64,000 nt of DNA, taken from positions 19,682,115 to 19,746,114 of the forward strand of contig CM119263.1 in NCBI GenBank assembly GCA_051294375.1, in the 5' to 3' direction. Source of the stretch: Paraspadella gotoi (lineage: Eukaryota > Animalia > Chaetognatha). Under the pieces are notes generated by a model. It searched no databases, was not told the DNA's origin, and saw nothing but the letters and a program-made list of their open reading frames with translations. The first letter of the stretch is position 1; each line of letters opens with the position of its first letter. A program made the position numbers and the translations under genes. Positions 47,103-64,000 of the stretch are shown here, piece by piece.

Positions 47103-47692
47103 CATCTCTCTCTCTCTCTCTCTCTCTCCATCTCTCCTTCCTCTCTCCGTCTCTCTCTCTCTCTCTCCTTCCCCTTTTCCCCTTCCTTTCTGTCGACCCT
47201 TTTTGCATTTTTTTACCGTCTTTTCCCTCTGTCTGTCTTTTGTCATTCTTTATTTTTTACCACTGAATAATGAACTTTTTTTATGTGTTTTTTTTCTTTT
47301 GTTTTTTTTTCGTATTTTACCAACTGAGGAACGGGCAACAAAGTTAGTAGTTCTCTGAGTCAGGGTTTCGAGGAAAAAAATCTTTTTATTCCCTTTTTTT
47401 TTCTCCCTCAATTTATTCCGTGTCAAGAAAATCGACACGTTTTCCTTGTTGCGATTTTTTTTTTTTTTTTGAACAGAAACAAGAAACATTTTATTGCTAT
47501 CCCTAGTAAGTGGCGACTTATTAATATAAATAGTATGAGTATTAATACGAAGATTATTCAAATTGAAGAAATATTTGCGAATACTGGATATCGATGGCAT
47601 GCGCATGCGCCGACAAGACTTAAAGCGAAACCCAGTTTCGAACGAGGGAAAGATTCAGAGACAAAATCCATCGGAAGTGAAGAAGTCGGTTG

Positions 47693-47750
<58 letters not shown>

Positions 47751-47802
47751 TCTCCTTTTTCAGTTTTCGATAAATCCACTCGCGACAGTCCCAACACCAA
47801 GC

Positions 47803-48848
47803 ATGGGTTTTAAGCCCCTTATCGCAGCGGGGAAATTTCTTTTATTTTTGTTGTTGTTTGTATTGTTATCCTGGTTGTTGTCGAAGTTTTAAACGTCCCG
47901 TCGACGCGAGATTTCGAAGGGATTAAATTTCTGAGACGCGAAATCCGCCATCTTGGATTTAAGAAAAAAATAACAACTGGGGATCATTGAAAATGGAATA
48001 TCTCTTACTTATTAAACAAAATCTTTCGTGTGTTATGTAAAAGCAATCGTTTTTATCTCCGTAACTGTTGGTCGAGAATCTATTTATCCGTTAAACTATT
48101 CCGTTTTCCGCGCCATTCAGTGGACGAATGATCTTTTTATACGGCAAAATCATTTTTATATGGGCGCGCGATTTGATTAAGTGAACGCTGCCCTTAAAAT
48201 AAACATTTTCTGTGAACCTTCAGGCCTAACGGCGAATCGGAATTCCAATAAATAGCGTTACTCTACTCTCCTCTCGTCTCTCTCTCTCTCTTCTCTCTCA
48301 TCTCTCTCTCTCTCTCTCCTCTCTCCTCTCTCTCTCCCTCTCTCTCTCTTCTCCTCTCTCCTTTCCCACTTTCTCCGTGATCGAATCCATCACNNNNNNN
48401 NNNNNNNNNNNNNNNNNNTGGGGTTTAAGCCCTTCTTATCGAGCGGAAATTTCTTTTATTTTTGTTGTTGTTATTGTTATCCTGGTTGTTGTCGAAGTTT
48501 AAACGTCCCGTCGACGCGAGATTTCGAAGGGATTAAATTCTCTGAGACCGAAATCCGCCATCTTGGATTTAAGAAAAAATAACAACTGGGGATCAATTGA
48601 AATGGAATATCTCTTACTTATTAATACAAAATCTTTCGTGTGTTATGTAAAAGCAATCGTTTTATCTCCGTAATCTGTTGGTCGAGAATCTATTTTCCCG
48701 TTAAACTATTCGTTTTCGCGCCATTCAGTGGACGAATGATCTTTTTTATACGCAAAATCATTTTATATGGCCCGATTTGATTATGAACCTGCCTTAAAAT
48801 AAACATTTTCTGTGAACCTCCAGGCCTAACGGCATCGGAATTCAATAA
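47803..48848 (+). repeat. About 450-bp direct duplication (47803-48250 and 48419-48848) around a 25-N gap; assembly overlap artefact
   Basis: Same sequence tgggtttaagccc...ggaattcaataa on both sides; the first copy has extra single bases. Confidence 0.88.
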
Positions 48849-48859
48849 NNNNNNNNNNC

Positions 48860-49090
48860 TCATTTTCTCATTTTTTTCTCTTTTTCTATTTTTCTCTTTT
48901 TCTCCTTTTCTCCTTTTCTCCTTTTCTCTTTTTCTCTTTTTCTCTTTTTCTCTTTTTCTCTTTTTCTCTTTTTCTATTTTTCTCCTTTTCTCTTTTTCTC
49001 TTTTTCTTTTTTTCACTTTTTCTCTTTTTCTCTTTTTCTCATTTTTTCTTTTTCTCTTTTTCTCATTTTCTCTTTTTCTCTTTCTCTTTG
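48860..49090. repeat. Low-complexity 9-bp repeat (tttttctct)n
   Basis: Visible periodic pyrimidine tract. Confidence 0.8.
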
Positions 49091-51231
49091 TTCTTTTTAT
49101 CTTTTTTCTATATTTCCTTTTATTCTATTTAAATCCATTTTTTCTTTCTTTTTTCTTGTTTGCTTAATTCTCAATACAGTTCAATAAGTTTTTGATTCTT
49201 GTTTATTAAATTTTTTTTCCTATTTCTTTTTGTCATTTTTATTCATACTCCCATTTTTCATTACTACTAGTATGTACTGAGGCCTGAGAAAGGGATCTTT
49301 AAATGCAGCCGAATTCTTTTTGTTTTCCAGTACTTTATCTTTCAACATTAAATTGACGACCCCTCTCACCGCATTAAACTCTTTTCAACGATATAAATTT
49401 TCAAAATGGCGGGAAAAACTCTTCATCCTCGCTAAGAAATGGCTATAAACTGTAAATTACTTTTAAAAAACCTAATTTTTTTCCCCCGCGTTTGAAGCCT
49501 TCCAGTGTAAATTATGTTTTAAAACCATTTTAAGTTATATCTAATCTTGCGACTCTAGGAAGGCTTCAATTAATTTCTAGAAACTTATTTTTCTCCTCTT
49601 AACTTTTCTTATCGTTCACAAAAAAATGGGTTCGAGAGAAAAAGAAGAAACCTTCACTTTTTTTTTGTCATCGCCAACTTCGTCGTTTTCGTCGTCGGTG
49701 CTGCCTTTGTCATCGTCGCCGTCGGTTTTGTCTCCGCTTTATTTATTGATGATGACACATGCCTCCATCACCTGCTCTTCCTTTGCCTCCTGCTGTTTGG
49801 AAAAAATTTTGAAATTCCTGTCTTCGCTTCGGAGTATATAAACTTTCTACAATGTTTACACAATTTAACAAGGGTTTTCAATATCGCCTTTACTCCGCTT
49901 ATACACCGGCTCCTCTTTAAAACCCCTCCCCCCACCGCCTGCATCCCCCACCCGCACCTGAGGCCCCGCTTCATTCAACGACGAAACCTAAAATTCCGCG
50001 GCAATAATTTGCACCTGAAAGGTTTTCTTGAGTGAGGTTTTTTCTTTCTTTCTTTCTTTCCATAATTGAAAGTCGCGGCGGGGAATAAAAAAATGGAAAG
50101 GGGAACCGAGTTGCGCCGGCGATGGGGGAGGGGGGGGAAAAAACCCAGGGTGGATTATGACCTTTGTCGTTTTGCCGGGTTAGAGGGGGTGGTCTGCGAT
50201 AAGAATCAATTTTTGTTGAAAGACGAACGAGGGCATATAAGGGAGGTATTAGTGGCATGGAGGTGAAAGAGACATGGCGGGTTTATGGCAAGGTGACTTA
50301 GGTAAACCTCTGCAGTAAGAGAAAAAATCTTGATTTGATTAAGAAAGGAACCCGAGAGGAAAAGGTTTTTTTTTTTTCATTGGAATGAAGATGGAGGTGG
50401 AAGGAGAGAGATAGAGACGGACAAAGCGTTGCGCGGTCCTTCGACCCACAACCCACCAGGGCTCATAACCAATCTCATTTATATGGTTTACGTTTGCCCA
50501 GTTTTTCAATTCCCTTCATTACTTACCTTCCAAGCTCCGATGGTATTTTTCGTTAAGCAATAAGGGCTCGCTTCATTTCGGTTAAGACGCTTTTGTTTGT
50601 TTTTTAGTCCAGGGACGTTGTTTCGAAATTTATAAACCAAGGGTTAAGCGAATGGTGCATAGAAAAATGATAAATAGAGAATTTTATTGGAATACGGTAA
50701 GATTTATCTGCGATAATGTTTAAAATTAAGAATTGGTAAAATAAAAGGACACTAAAGTCAACTTCGAAATTGGAATTTGGTGTGCAGGTGGAAAAGGCTC
50801 GATCGGATTTTTTTTTTACCAATTTATCATATCTTTTATCGAAGGTAAAGGAAAAACCGACGACGACGATGACGACCATGACATCGACGACGACGACGAC
50901 GATTAAGACGAATACAATCGACAACATGTCGAATGATGGGGAACATTTCATTCATTCTACAGCGGAAATTTGATAACAAGGACGACTACAACAACAAAAC
51001 AACAACAACAACAAAACAACATCAGCAAACACTAACGTCCGCGACGTCGACTGCCACCGTCGGGCGCCGCCCACTCTGCGCGTCGATCGGCGCGACCTTT
51101 CCTTTCCTCGTATCGGAATATCCGCCGACGGGGGAGGAGAAGGAGGAGGAGGAGGAGGAAGAGAGAGGCGCTAATTAAGATGCATCGCGCGAGTCTGGGT
51201 GATACATTCATTTAAATCCTAACGAAGACGA

Positions 51232-51271
<40 letters not shown>

Positions 51272-51407
51272 GACGACAACTTCGATCACGCCATAACTCT
51301 TTACTTCAAGTTCTGCTTGTCAATTTTAAATTGCAGCATCTGTGTACATACGACGTAATGGCATGTTACTTTCGTTCAAGTAGTCACTCGTAGATCAGGA
51401 AGGACGA

Positions 51408-51590
51408 TCAGAGGTTATAGACGCCGTTCAGAGGTCGAAAAGGGGCTATCTGAGGTCCTGAATAGCCCTCAGAAATAGCAAAGGGGTTAATAGGCGCTCA
51501 GAGGTGCCGAAAGCCACGCAGAAGTCATGAGAGGCGCTAAGAGGTTGCAGAAGGCGCGCAAAGATCATGAAAGGCGCTCAGAAGTCACGT
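51408..51590 (+). repeat. Degenerate tandem repeat, unit about 20 bp (cagaggt...aggcgct)
   Basis: Units such as cagaagtcatgagaggcgct and caaagatcatgaaaggcgct. Confidence 0.7.
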
Positions 51591-53341
51591 CTCAATGAGG
51601 GCAAAGTTTATTCGAGTGAGTTACTTTTCCAGTGTAAGGCTTTGATGCTTCGAAGTCTCATCAGCATTCGAACTTCAGACACTCGGTTCGCGAGACTTCG
51701 CCTTCTTGCGGGACTTCCCCCGTTTCTTGTAACCTCTGACCCCTGCCCTTAGAAAACAATAAACTCCGAAACCCTCACCGAGTTACCACCACCGGCTCCC
51801 GAGCACCCCGAGCACCCCGAGCACCCCCCGCCACGGTGCGACTCTTCCTCAACACAAAACTCGTAAATTCCTCGTTTTCGACGGCCTCTTTCACTGAAAG
51901 AACTGGTCCTTCCCTCTTATGTTCGACCCCTCTCTTCAAAGCCCTTCTCTTCAAAGCCCTTCTCTATCGCTTCACTTTTCTCAGCCCGTCCCTTAAGACG
52001 CGTCTCAAAATTCAGAGGCATGACCATTTTTGGCTAAAAGGCTCCACCCGTTGCTTTCTACTTGCGACACCCTCGAAACGCCCAACCTTTTCCCCCCAGC
52101 CTCAGGGCGTGATCGTACGAACATGCTATTTCCTTGGCCGATGCCGTCCACGACTCTGATTCCCCACCGATCGATCGCCCTTCTAACCCCCCCTTTCTTC
52201 GCTCTCCTTCGACCCCACCGCCCCCTCTCTTCACTCTCGCTCGTGACCCTCGATGATGGAAGCTTCGGCCGCTAAAAGCGTCCAGACTCGAAAAAAGGGG
52301 AAAATCCCCGATTCTTTATGCGGCCTCTGACCTTTGACCCCGTTTTCGAGTGAGGCTTGGGGGGGGGCGAGTAGAGAGTGGGGGGTTTTGGAGATTGCGA
52401 AGGACGAGCGGAGGCGTTGTAAAATGGAAGACAACAGGTCGTGGCTTTTAAGGTTGATTCGGCTCATCGCGACGTTAGCCTCGTTTATTAATCAAATTTT
52501 AAAATGAGTGAATTAAATCTGCCTAAATTTCACTTTATGTGCCCGAGAACCAGTACCAGAACATCTAAATAACGTTCATCGTTTAGATGAATATATTTTT
52601 AAACTTTCAATCATAAGTGATCTCACATAAAAACTCCACAAAATTACGTGCAAACTCAACTCTGTAGCAAAAACCGCGTTTGAAAAAGAAAAAAAAAAAT
52701 TTTTAATTCTTTTTAAGTTTTGTTTCATTCCATTTTTTCTCTCTCTTTTTTTTTTTTGTCAACGGAGACGAGAATAAAGAAAAGAAGAAAGAGGAAGAAA
52801 AAAAGAGAGAGTTTCATTACCCAAGAGAAATCAGGAAGAAACTGGCGAGGATTTCGAGCGAGATAAGAGGGAAGGGGGAGCACTTGGGTGGGGTTTTTTT
52901 TTTTAAGGGGGGGAGGAAGGTTGTCAACTGGCATCCGCTAGACGGTTTGGAAGAAGATTGTGCTGAGGCTTTTCAGCGTAGACAGGAAGTGGGATGCTGA
53001 ATTGTTATGTAAGTTGGACAATAGTAGAGTAGTAGGAACGCCCTGGAGAGGAATTTTAGTTGGAGGGAGTGTCGATCGAGATGTGAGGATGGAATCTGTT
53101 AGTGGCTATAAATAGATCGATGAGTTATCGAGCAGTTTTTGAAAAGAGGAAGCGAGAGATTGTGAGTTTGTGAGAGGTAATGTGCAAAAGCGGAAATGAG
53201 AATATTATTATTATACGTAAGAAAATAATGAAATAAAATTAGATCTACATTTGAAAGAGAAAATAATAAGCACTATTTACGAATGATCGGTGGTAAAGTG
53301 TTTAGAGACTACAAGAGGTAAAATGGGAAAGAGACATCCGC

Positions 53342-54035
53342 AGATGATGGAGAAGGAAAGTGAGATGATGGAGAAGGAAAGTGGGAGAATGATGGAGAAG
53401 GAAAGTGAGATGATGGAGAAGGAAAGTGAGAAGATGAAGAGGAAAGTGAGATGATGGAGAAGGAAAGTGAGATGATGGAGAAGGAAAGTGAGATGATGGA
53501 GAGGAAAGTGAGATGATGAAGAAGGAATGAGTGGATGGAGAGGAAAGTGAGATGATGAAGAAGGAAAGTGAGATGATGGAGAAGGAAGGGAAGACTGATG
53601 GAGAAGGAAAGTGAGATGATGGAGAAGGAAAGTGAGATGATGGAGAAGGAAAGTGAGAATGATGAGAGAAAGTGAGATGATGAAGAAGGAACGTGAGATG
53701 ATGGAGAAGGAAAGTGAGATGATGGAGAAGAAAGTGAGATGATGGGAAGAAAGTGAGATGATGGAGAAGGAAAGTGAGATGATGGAGAAGGAAAGTGAGA
53801 TGATGGAGAAGGAAAGTGAGATGATGGAGAAGGAAAGTGAGATGATGAGAAGGAAAGTGAGATGATGAGAAGGAAAGTGAGATGATGGAGAAGGAAAGTG
53901 AGATGATGGAGAAGGAAGGAGAAGTGAGATGATGGAGAAGGAAAGGGAGATGATGAGAAGGAAAGTGAGATGATGGAGAAGGAAAGTGAGATGATGGAGA
54001 AGGAAAGTGAGATGATGGAGAAGGAAAGTGAGATG
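53342..54035 (+). repeat. Minisatellite, 21-bp unit gagatgatggagaaggaaagt, roughly 33 copies
   Basis: Directly visible tandem array; it explains the three overlapping minus-strand ORFs at 53277-54289. Confidence 0.95.
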
Positions 54036-57000
54036 GAGGAGAGGAAGAAGATAGAGACATCGCGAAAGGCGGAGAAGGAGGAGAACGAAGGAGTTTCCCG
54101 CCTTCTCAGTTTCTCGCGCCACGAGAAGCGAAGAGGCCGCTGCCTTCCCCCCCCCCCACCGGCCTTCTCTCTCGCGCGACGTCCGTAGCGGCGTCTCCTC
54201 ATTGTTTTTTTATTCAAGTGACGTCGGCAAATTCTGACGCCGCCAGCGCCGACGGCGACGCCTTCGGGTTTACAGAGGCGCCGGGACAACTACTTCGATT
54301 TATAGAGACTACACAGCAATAAGTCTATAGCAGGCATTGCTCGGTTCTCCGGGCATATATATTGGAAATCAATCGTTCTCTTGCGACCCGGTGGCTCTTT
54401 GAGTGAAGCGTACAAGTTACGAGTTCGAATCTGTTTCCTACAAGACTGGAAGATCGTGTGGCTCTGTATGTGAGGAGCTTCGGGGATTTTTTTCGGCTCA
54501 AAGGGCGGTTCCCGTTTTTTTTTTTTTTTTTTGTGGTTTCTTTCTTTCTCCCTAATGTTGATATTCTTGTATGAGTTTTTGAAGCCTCGACCTTTTAAGT
54601 TCCCTTGATATAGGTTAGATAAGTTTATGTTAGGTTCCGAACGAGAATGAGTCACTTTTCTATTCCTCCCGTCCGTTTTAAATCGTTCGGTCAGACGCCG
54701 ATCTCGATCTGAACCTCGTGGTTCTCGAGATCAGGACTTTTGCTTTGAACGAAAGAGATTTAATTATAATTAATTATTTTTCATATCCTCCGCAATCGGC
54801 GCCCGTTTTCTTTTCTAATTTGCTCTTTTTATATATCAACTAACCCCCATTACTTTCTTCATCTTCCCTTAGTTCTGACTTCTTTCCCTTCCCCTATCAT
54901 TCCTTTTCAATCTCCCTCTTTCCTCCCCTACTCTCTCTCACCCTCCCCCTTCCACCCCCACTCCAAAACGCCATAATTGATCCTGGATGCAGATGAGAAT
55001 CTTCTCCAATCCTCATTCCTCAAAGACTTTGGAAAAGTCAGTCTCGCTGCTCAACCAGCGCCAATCACGGACAATCAAGGTCACTCCTTCGTCGGACTGA
55101 GAATTTAACCAATCGGATAATGTGATTTCACTACGAAATGGGGAGGAAAAGTGATTTTTTGGGGTTAAAAGTAATCGTCCTCTTGGCGTCGGACGCTTCC
55201 AGAATTTTTCGTTGCCGTTTTCGTGGATACTGTATCTAGTCATTATAGTGTAGATCATTCTGGACGTCGTTATCGTCGTCGGGCCTTCAAAACCATTATA
55301 GGGGAGACTCGACTTTGAACGAGTTGTTCTTGTGTTTTTATGATGGGGAGGGAACGAGAGAGCGAGAGAGCGAGAGAGAGGGAGAGCGAGATAGATTGCG
55401 AGAAAGAAAAAGAACGTAATTTCGTTACGGCGAAAAAAAAAAGTTTATCTTTTTTTTTTTTAGATCTCGCAAATCTCAAAAAAGGGGAAAAATAGGGGGG
55501 GAGGAAGAAAAGATAAAGATTTAGATAACTCCTTTCCTTATTTTATTAAGCGATGGCTAAGTGGCATTGCAGCCATTTCTGCTAAAGTGTGTTGATACGT
55601 ATAGTCTGGAAACATTTAATATTAGAGAATTTCATAGAATTCGTTTTAAAAAAACAAAAACTAAAGCTATTCTTTTGGAGCCCTAAAATCTTATGATAAC
55701 CCTATAGTCCCTCAGCTTCACAACCCTCTCCAACCTTCTTATTTGCGACAATCATGGGCGACACCTTTGTCGTTGCCACGTCATTACTGTCAACATTATG
55801 AGGTTGTTAAAAGCGACTCGTGGCGCGCCTCTCTCCGATAGAGAGAAAAGGGAAGAAAGAAAGAAAAGACTATAAATGAGAGAAAGAAAAATGAGAGCGA
55901 GAAAAAAATAAAATCATCTTTTTAGTTTCCAAAACGAGGTAGTAATTTTCCGCATTAAAGAAATATGCTTTTTCTTCTCTTCGCCCGCTGATCTCTTAAG
56001 AGTTCAGTGCTTTTTAAGCAGCAAATGGCTTAAAACTGCTGAATCTTGTTGAGTCGAATGAAGCGAAAGATGCAAATAAAAAGTTTAAAATTAAGAAATA
56101 GCGCCCGAAGAAAAAACAATAATTACGAGGAAATAATTTACTTCTTGGAGGCAAAAGATTTGATTCCTGATGAAGAAAAGGAAAATAAAGGAGGAGAACG
56201 AAGGAGAATAAAAAAAATATGGGAGAACGGAGGAGAACGAAAGAAGTGAAAAGAGGAGAACAGAGAAAATTGAATTTTTTCAGGTGAAAATCTCTTTTTC
56301 AGAGCCGCACAAGAAAACGAGTAATGAAAAAAAAAGAGAGAAAAAGGGAACGAGAAAGGAGTTGTTGTTGTGCTTGTTAGCTTTTCAGATTGTCAGCTTG
56401 TTAGATAGTACGCTTGTAAATCAACCATTTTTTATTTAAAAATCTGGATTTAAATACTAGTTTAAAACTAAACGACCTGTTATTTTTTAGGGTTTTTTTT
56501 AAGATTTTCTTAATTTATTCTCAGTGCCAGGAAACTTCTCGAAGTTGGTAAAAAAAACCTAAAAAAATAAAATAAAAAGTTTCGATACGAGACGATCGGG
56601 AATCGAAGACCTAGAAACGTTTAGACCTGACAACGAAGTTTAGGAAAAAAATAGTAAAAAAGCGCGGGAAAAAGCTGAGGGGAAAATGAAAACAGGATGA
56701 GTTGAAGGAGATGAAAGAGTCCAAATGAACGGAAAGAACTTCATGAAGCAAAATTGGTAGAAGAAAGATTCAAAGAACAACATTGCATCCGTCGCCGACA
56801 TCATCGATCCACATTGTCTGAGACTATCGATATTCCCTGTCGTGGAAGAGATCGTCGTCGTTGTCGTCGTCGTTGTCGTCGTCGTCGTCTTACTTTCGCT
56901 GAAGTCTCTGTTTACTGAATCCCAGATGAGCGATGATTCAGTTTCAATATTCTTTTTTATGGGTTCAAACAAACTTGGTCCAAACCTGAGGCGGACCTCG

Positions 57001-57760
57001 ACCGGGCATAGATCATCATTTAGGCGAATGCGCCTCTTAGGCGTCGTGAAGGTCAATGATTTGGAGTTGCTCGTCGACAGTCGCCCTTTCACGAGGAAGG
57101 ATTGGGGATTCTATAGCTCGTCTTTAAATTCTTATCCGGTTATTTCTCTGGTTCTTTCTTTGTTTCTTTCTTTGTTTCTTTTTTCTTTCTTTCTTTGTTT
57201 GTTTGTTTCTTTCTTTCTGTCTTTCTATCTCTCTTTCACACCCTCTCTTTTCTGGCTACTAAAGTGGAGAAGAAGGGGAGGCAATCAGTCGAGGAGCGGC
57301 GAACATCAAAGCGAAACAACGCAACGTCATCCTGAAAAATGAAGACTTGCGGGAAATGGGGAAAGAGAGAAACACAAGAAGGAAAATGAGGAGGAAAAAA
57401 ACTCAAAAAAAAAAGGGAAACGAAAAAAAAGAAAGAACAAAAAAAGGAGAAAACAATAACGAAGAAAGGAAAGCGATTATTGTTTTTTTCCGGGGAACTC
57501 GTGGAGGAAGTGAAGGAGATAGTCATTTTATCGTCTGAGTGAGGAGAGAGAGAGAGAATCAAGAGAGGGCGATAGAGAGAGAGAGAGAGAGAAGATGGAG
57601 AAAGAGAGAAGGTTAAATGGATTAACGTAAGATTGAATCCAGTTTTACATATGAATTTAAATAAGATTTGAGCACGAAAAAAAAATCGAAACTGGATTCC
57701 TTGCGGCTTTTTCATTTCATTTGAAGAATTTCTTTTAATATGTTTCTCCTCTCTCCTCTC

Positions 57761-57812
<52 letters not shown>

Positions 57813-58643
57813 CTCTCTCTCCTCTCTCTTTCCCCTTATCTCTTTCTTCTTCCGCTGCTTAATCATTTACACACTCTTTGAATAATATAACCGTTACTGA
57901 TGAGCTGGCAATCATTATTCAATGTAATTCTTTATTCTTTCCATCATCAAAAGATGAGAAACGACGAGAAAAGATGGCGACAAAGACGACGACTGGACGA
58001 AGACACAACAAGACGAAACGAAGATGACGACGACGAAGACGACAAAGGACGAAGATGACGAAACGAAGTACGACGACGAACGAAGAAATTGACGACGACG
58101 AAGATGACGAAGACGAAGATGACGAAGACGACGATAACGAATACGACGAAGTGTCCGTTGCAGAGTGTCGTTCTCTCCTTATCGCCNNNNNNNNNNNNNN
58201 NNNNNNNNNNNNNNNNNNNNNNNNNNNNNNNNNNNNNNNNNNNNNNNNNNNNNNNNNNNNNNNNNNNNNNNNNNNNNNNNNNNNNNNNNNNNNNNNNNNN
58301 NNNNNNNNNNNNNNNNNNNNNNNNNNNNNNNNNNNNNNNNNNNNNNNNNNNNNNNNNNNNNNNNNNNNNNNNNNNNNNNNNNNNNNNNNNNNNNNNNNNN
58401 NNNNNNNNNNNNNNNNNNNNNNNNNNNNNNNNNNNNNNNNNNNNNNNNNNNNNNNNNNNNNNNNNNNNNNNNNNNNNNNNNNNNNNNNNNNNNNNNNNNN
58501 NNNNNNNNNNNNNNNNNNNNNNNNNNNNNNNNNNNNNNNNNNNNNGAAAGGAAGAATTTCAGGGGCGAAAAATAAGGGTAATTAAAATCCGAAACAAAAA
58601 ACAAATGAGAGAGAGAGGGGGAGGGAGAGAGAGAGAGAGGAGA

Positions 58644-58675
<32 letters not shown>

Positions 58676-59321
58676 TGAGAGAGAGAGAGAGCGATGAGAG
58701 TGAGAGAGAGAAGAGAGAGAGAAATTGAAATCCCTCTGCTAATAATTTGATTTTATACCCGAAGCTTTTTCCACCTGCATCCAATGTTTTGCAATTTCGC
58801 GGCGGCGGACCAGAGTTTCGTTGATTGCTTCTTTTCAATTTTCAATTTTCCGAGCGCTCGGTCGTCGTTGTTGTTATTGTTGTGGTTGTTGTCTTCGAAG
58901 CGGTCGGTCTCGTCGGACTCGTTAACGCGAACGTCGTTGTTTGTTTTCGTCGTCGTCGTCATCGTCGTCGTTTTCGTCGTCGTTGATGATGTCGCTGATG
59001 GTTATTTTTTTTTCTCTCTTTTTTATTTTTCTTTTTGTCCGTGTGTTTTGTGTGTGATATGTGTCTCCCGGCAAAGATGTCACGGTTGTCTCGACCGATG
59101 ATATTTTTAGCAACGCCCCCGTCGATGTCAGCGCTAGAGGCATTCTACTTTTTTGGTTGTCTTTTTTAGTCAGAATTATCAACTCGAAAGGTATGAAAAC
59201 TAACAGAAAAGTATTTTTTGTATTTAAATAAAATGGTTTAGAAAACTACTGATCACTTACCTAGGTACATATTTATGATCTTCAGGGAAGCTCCTTCTAT
59301 TTCGTAGATGAAAACGTCGTG

Positions 59322-59363
<42 letters not shown>

Positions 59364-59861
59364 CTTGAAATGCTTAAGTCGCGGCTCAAGGGAAAAATTA
59401 GCCTCCATTAGACGATTAAGATTCATTCACTCACCTTGAAATTTGGGTATAATTAGCTGGCGCAATATGTGTACTAGTACTACATTTCCGTTTTTGAAAA
59501 AAACAAAAATTTATTAAATATTTCTCCGTTTCGATTAAACAATAAAACAGAATTAGCCGTTCTGCCTGTATGTAGCTTTCTTCCGTTTCTTAATTTTCCG
59601 TTTGTACAAACAATTAAAATTAACAGTCACTTGATCTCAAACAGCTTAACTGTTGTTCAAAAAACAACTTAAAGATTCAAATCCGATCCAATTTTGAGTC
59701 GGAAAATGTCGTGGCCGTCGTCATCGCCTTCGCTGTCCTTATGAATCAAGTCGCCGATCGTCATCATCATCAGTTTCCTCCACATTTAACTTTAATCCGT
59801 CCATCGCTGATCGAAATTGATCGTTTTTTCAATTTTCTAATGGTCTGGGATGGGGTAATCG

Positions 59862-59954
<93 letters not shown>

Positions 59955-59979
59955 AAACCTTAAAAACTTTGTCTTTCAG

Positions 59980-64000
<4,021 letters not shown>

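Noticed and set aside
51640-51670. Hammerhead-like CUGAUGA on the minus strand
   Set aside because: Followed by CAAAG rather than GAAA, with no consistent stems I and III.
53342-54035. CRISPR-like array
   Set aside because: No unique spacers, eukaryotic context, no cas genes.
53277-54289. Three long overlapping minus-strand ORFs (252-326 aa)
   Set aside because: Translations of the 21-bp minisatellite, open only because the unit lacks stops on that strand.
54390-54435. tRNA/SINE B-box gttcgaatc
   Set aside because: No proper A-box spacing, cloverleaf, tail or TSD.
59310-59757. Two similar segments (gaaaacgtcgtggtcgtc... and gaaaatgtcgtggccgtc...) as repeated exons
   Set aside because: Short degenerate local duplication around a GTC repeat; the second copy has a stop and no donor.

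Overview
Eukaryotic (metazoan, probably invertebrate) draft-assembly window rich in (GA)n and (GAC)n microsatellites and N-gaps. Most entries in the ORF track are repeat artefacts. Reading GT-AG boundaries by hand gives two + strand spliced coding blocks. Block A has 18 exons (22836-41991, about 920 aa) encoding four tandem ConA/LamG-3 (pentraxin-like jellyroll) domains, with one 1-nt frameshift near 39691. Block B has 11 or more exons (59980 to beyond 64000) encoding a divergent alpha-neurexin-like LNS-LNS-EGF-LNS module. Block A ends in intron phase 1 and block B starts in phase 1, and no LNS1/EGF1 or signal-peptide exon is recognisable between them, so they may form one chimeric ConA-repeat/neurexin gene with an optional short terminal exon at 42483. 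Much of 1-20 kb looks like long-read gap-filling artefact: a 2.6-kb fold-back, an indel-riddled copy (11555-19770) of 25635-32012, and four gaps of exactly 25 N. The noisy copy does preserve apparent haplotype differences (two MITE-like insertions and a 12-nt in-frame indel). A 257-bp hairpin-dense TG...CA element with a 6-bp target-site duplication sits in an intron of block B. All domain calls are by motif recognition; no searches were run.
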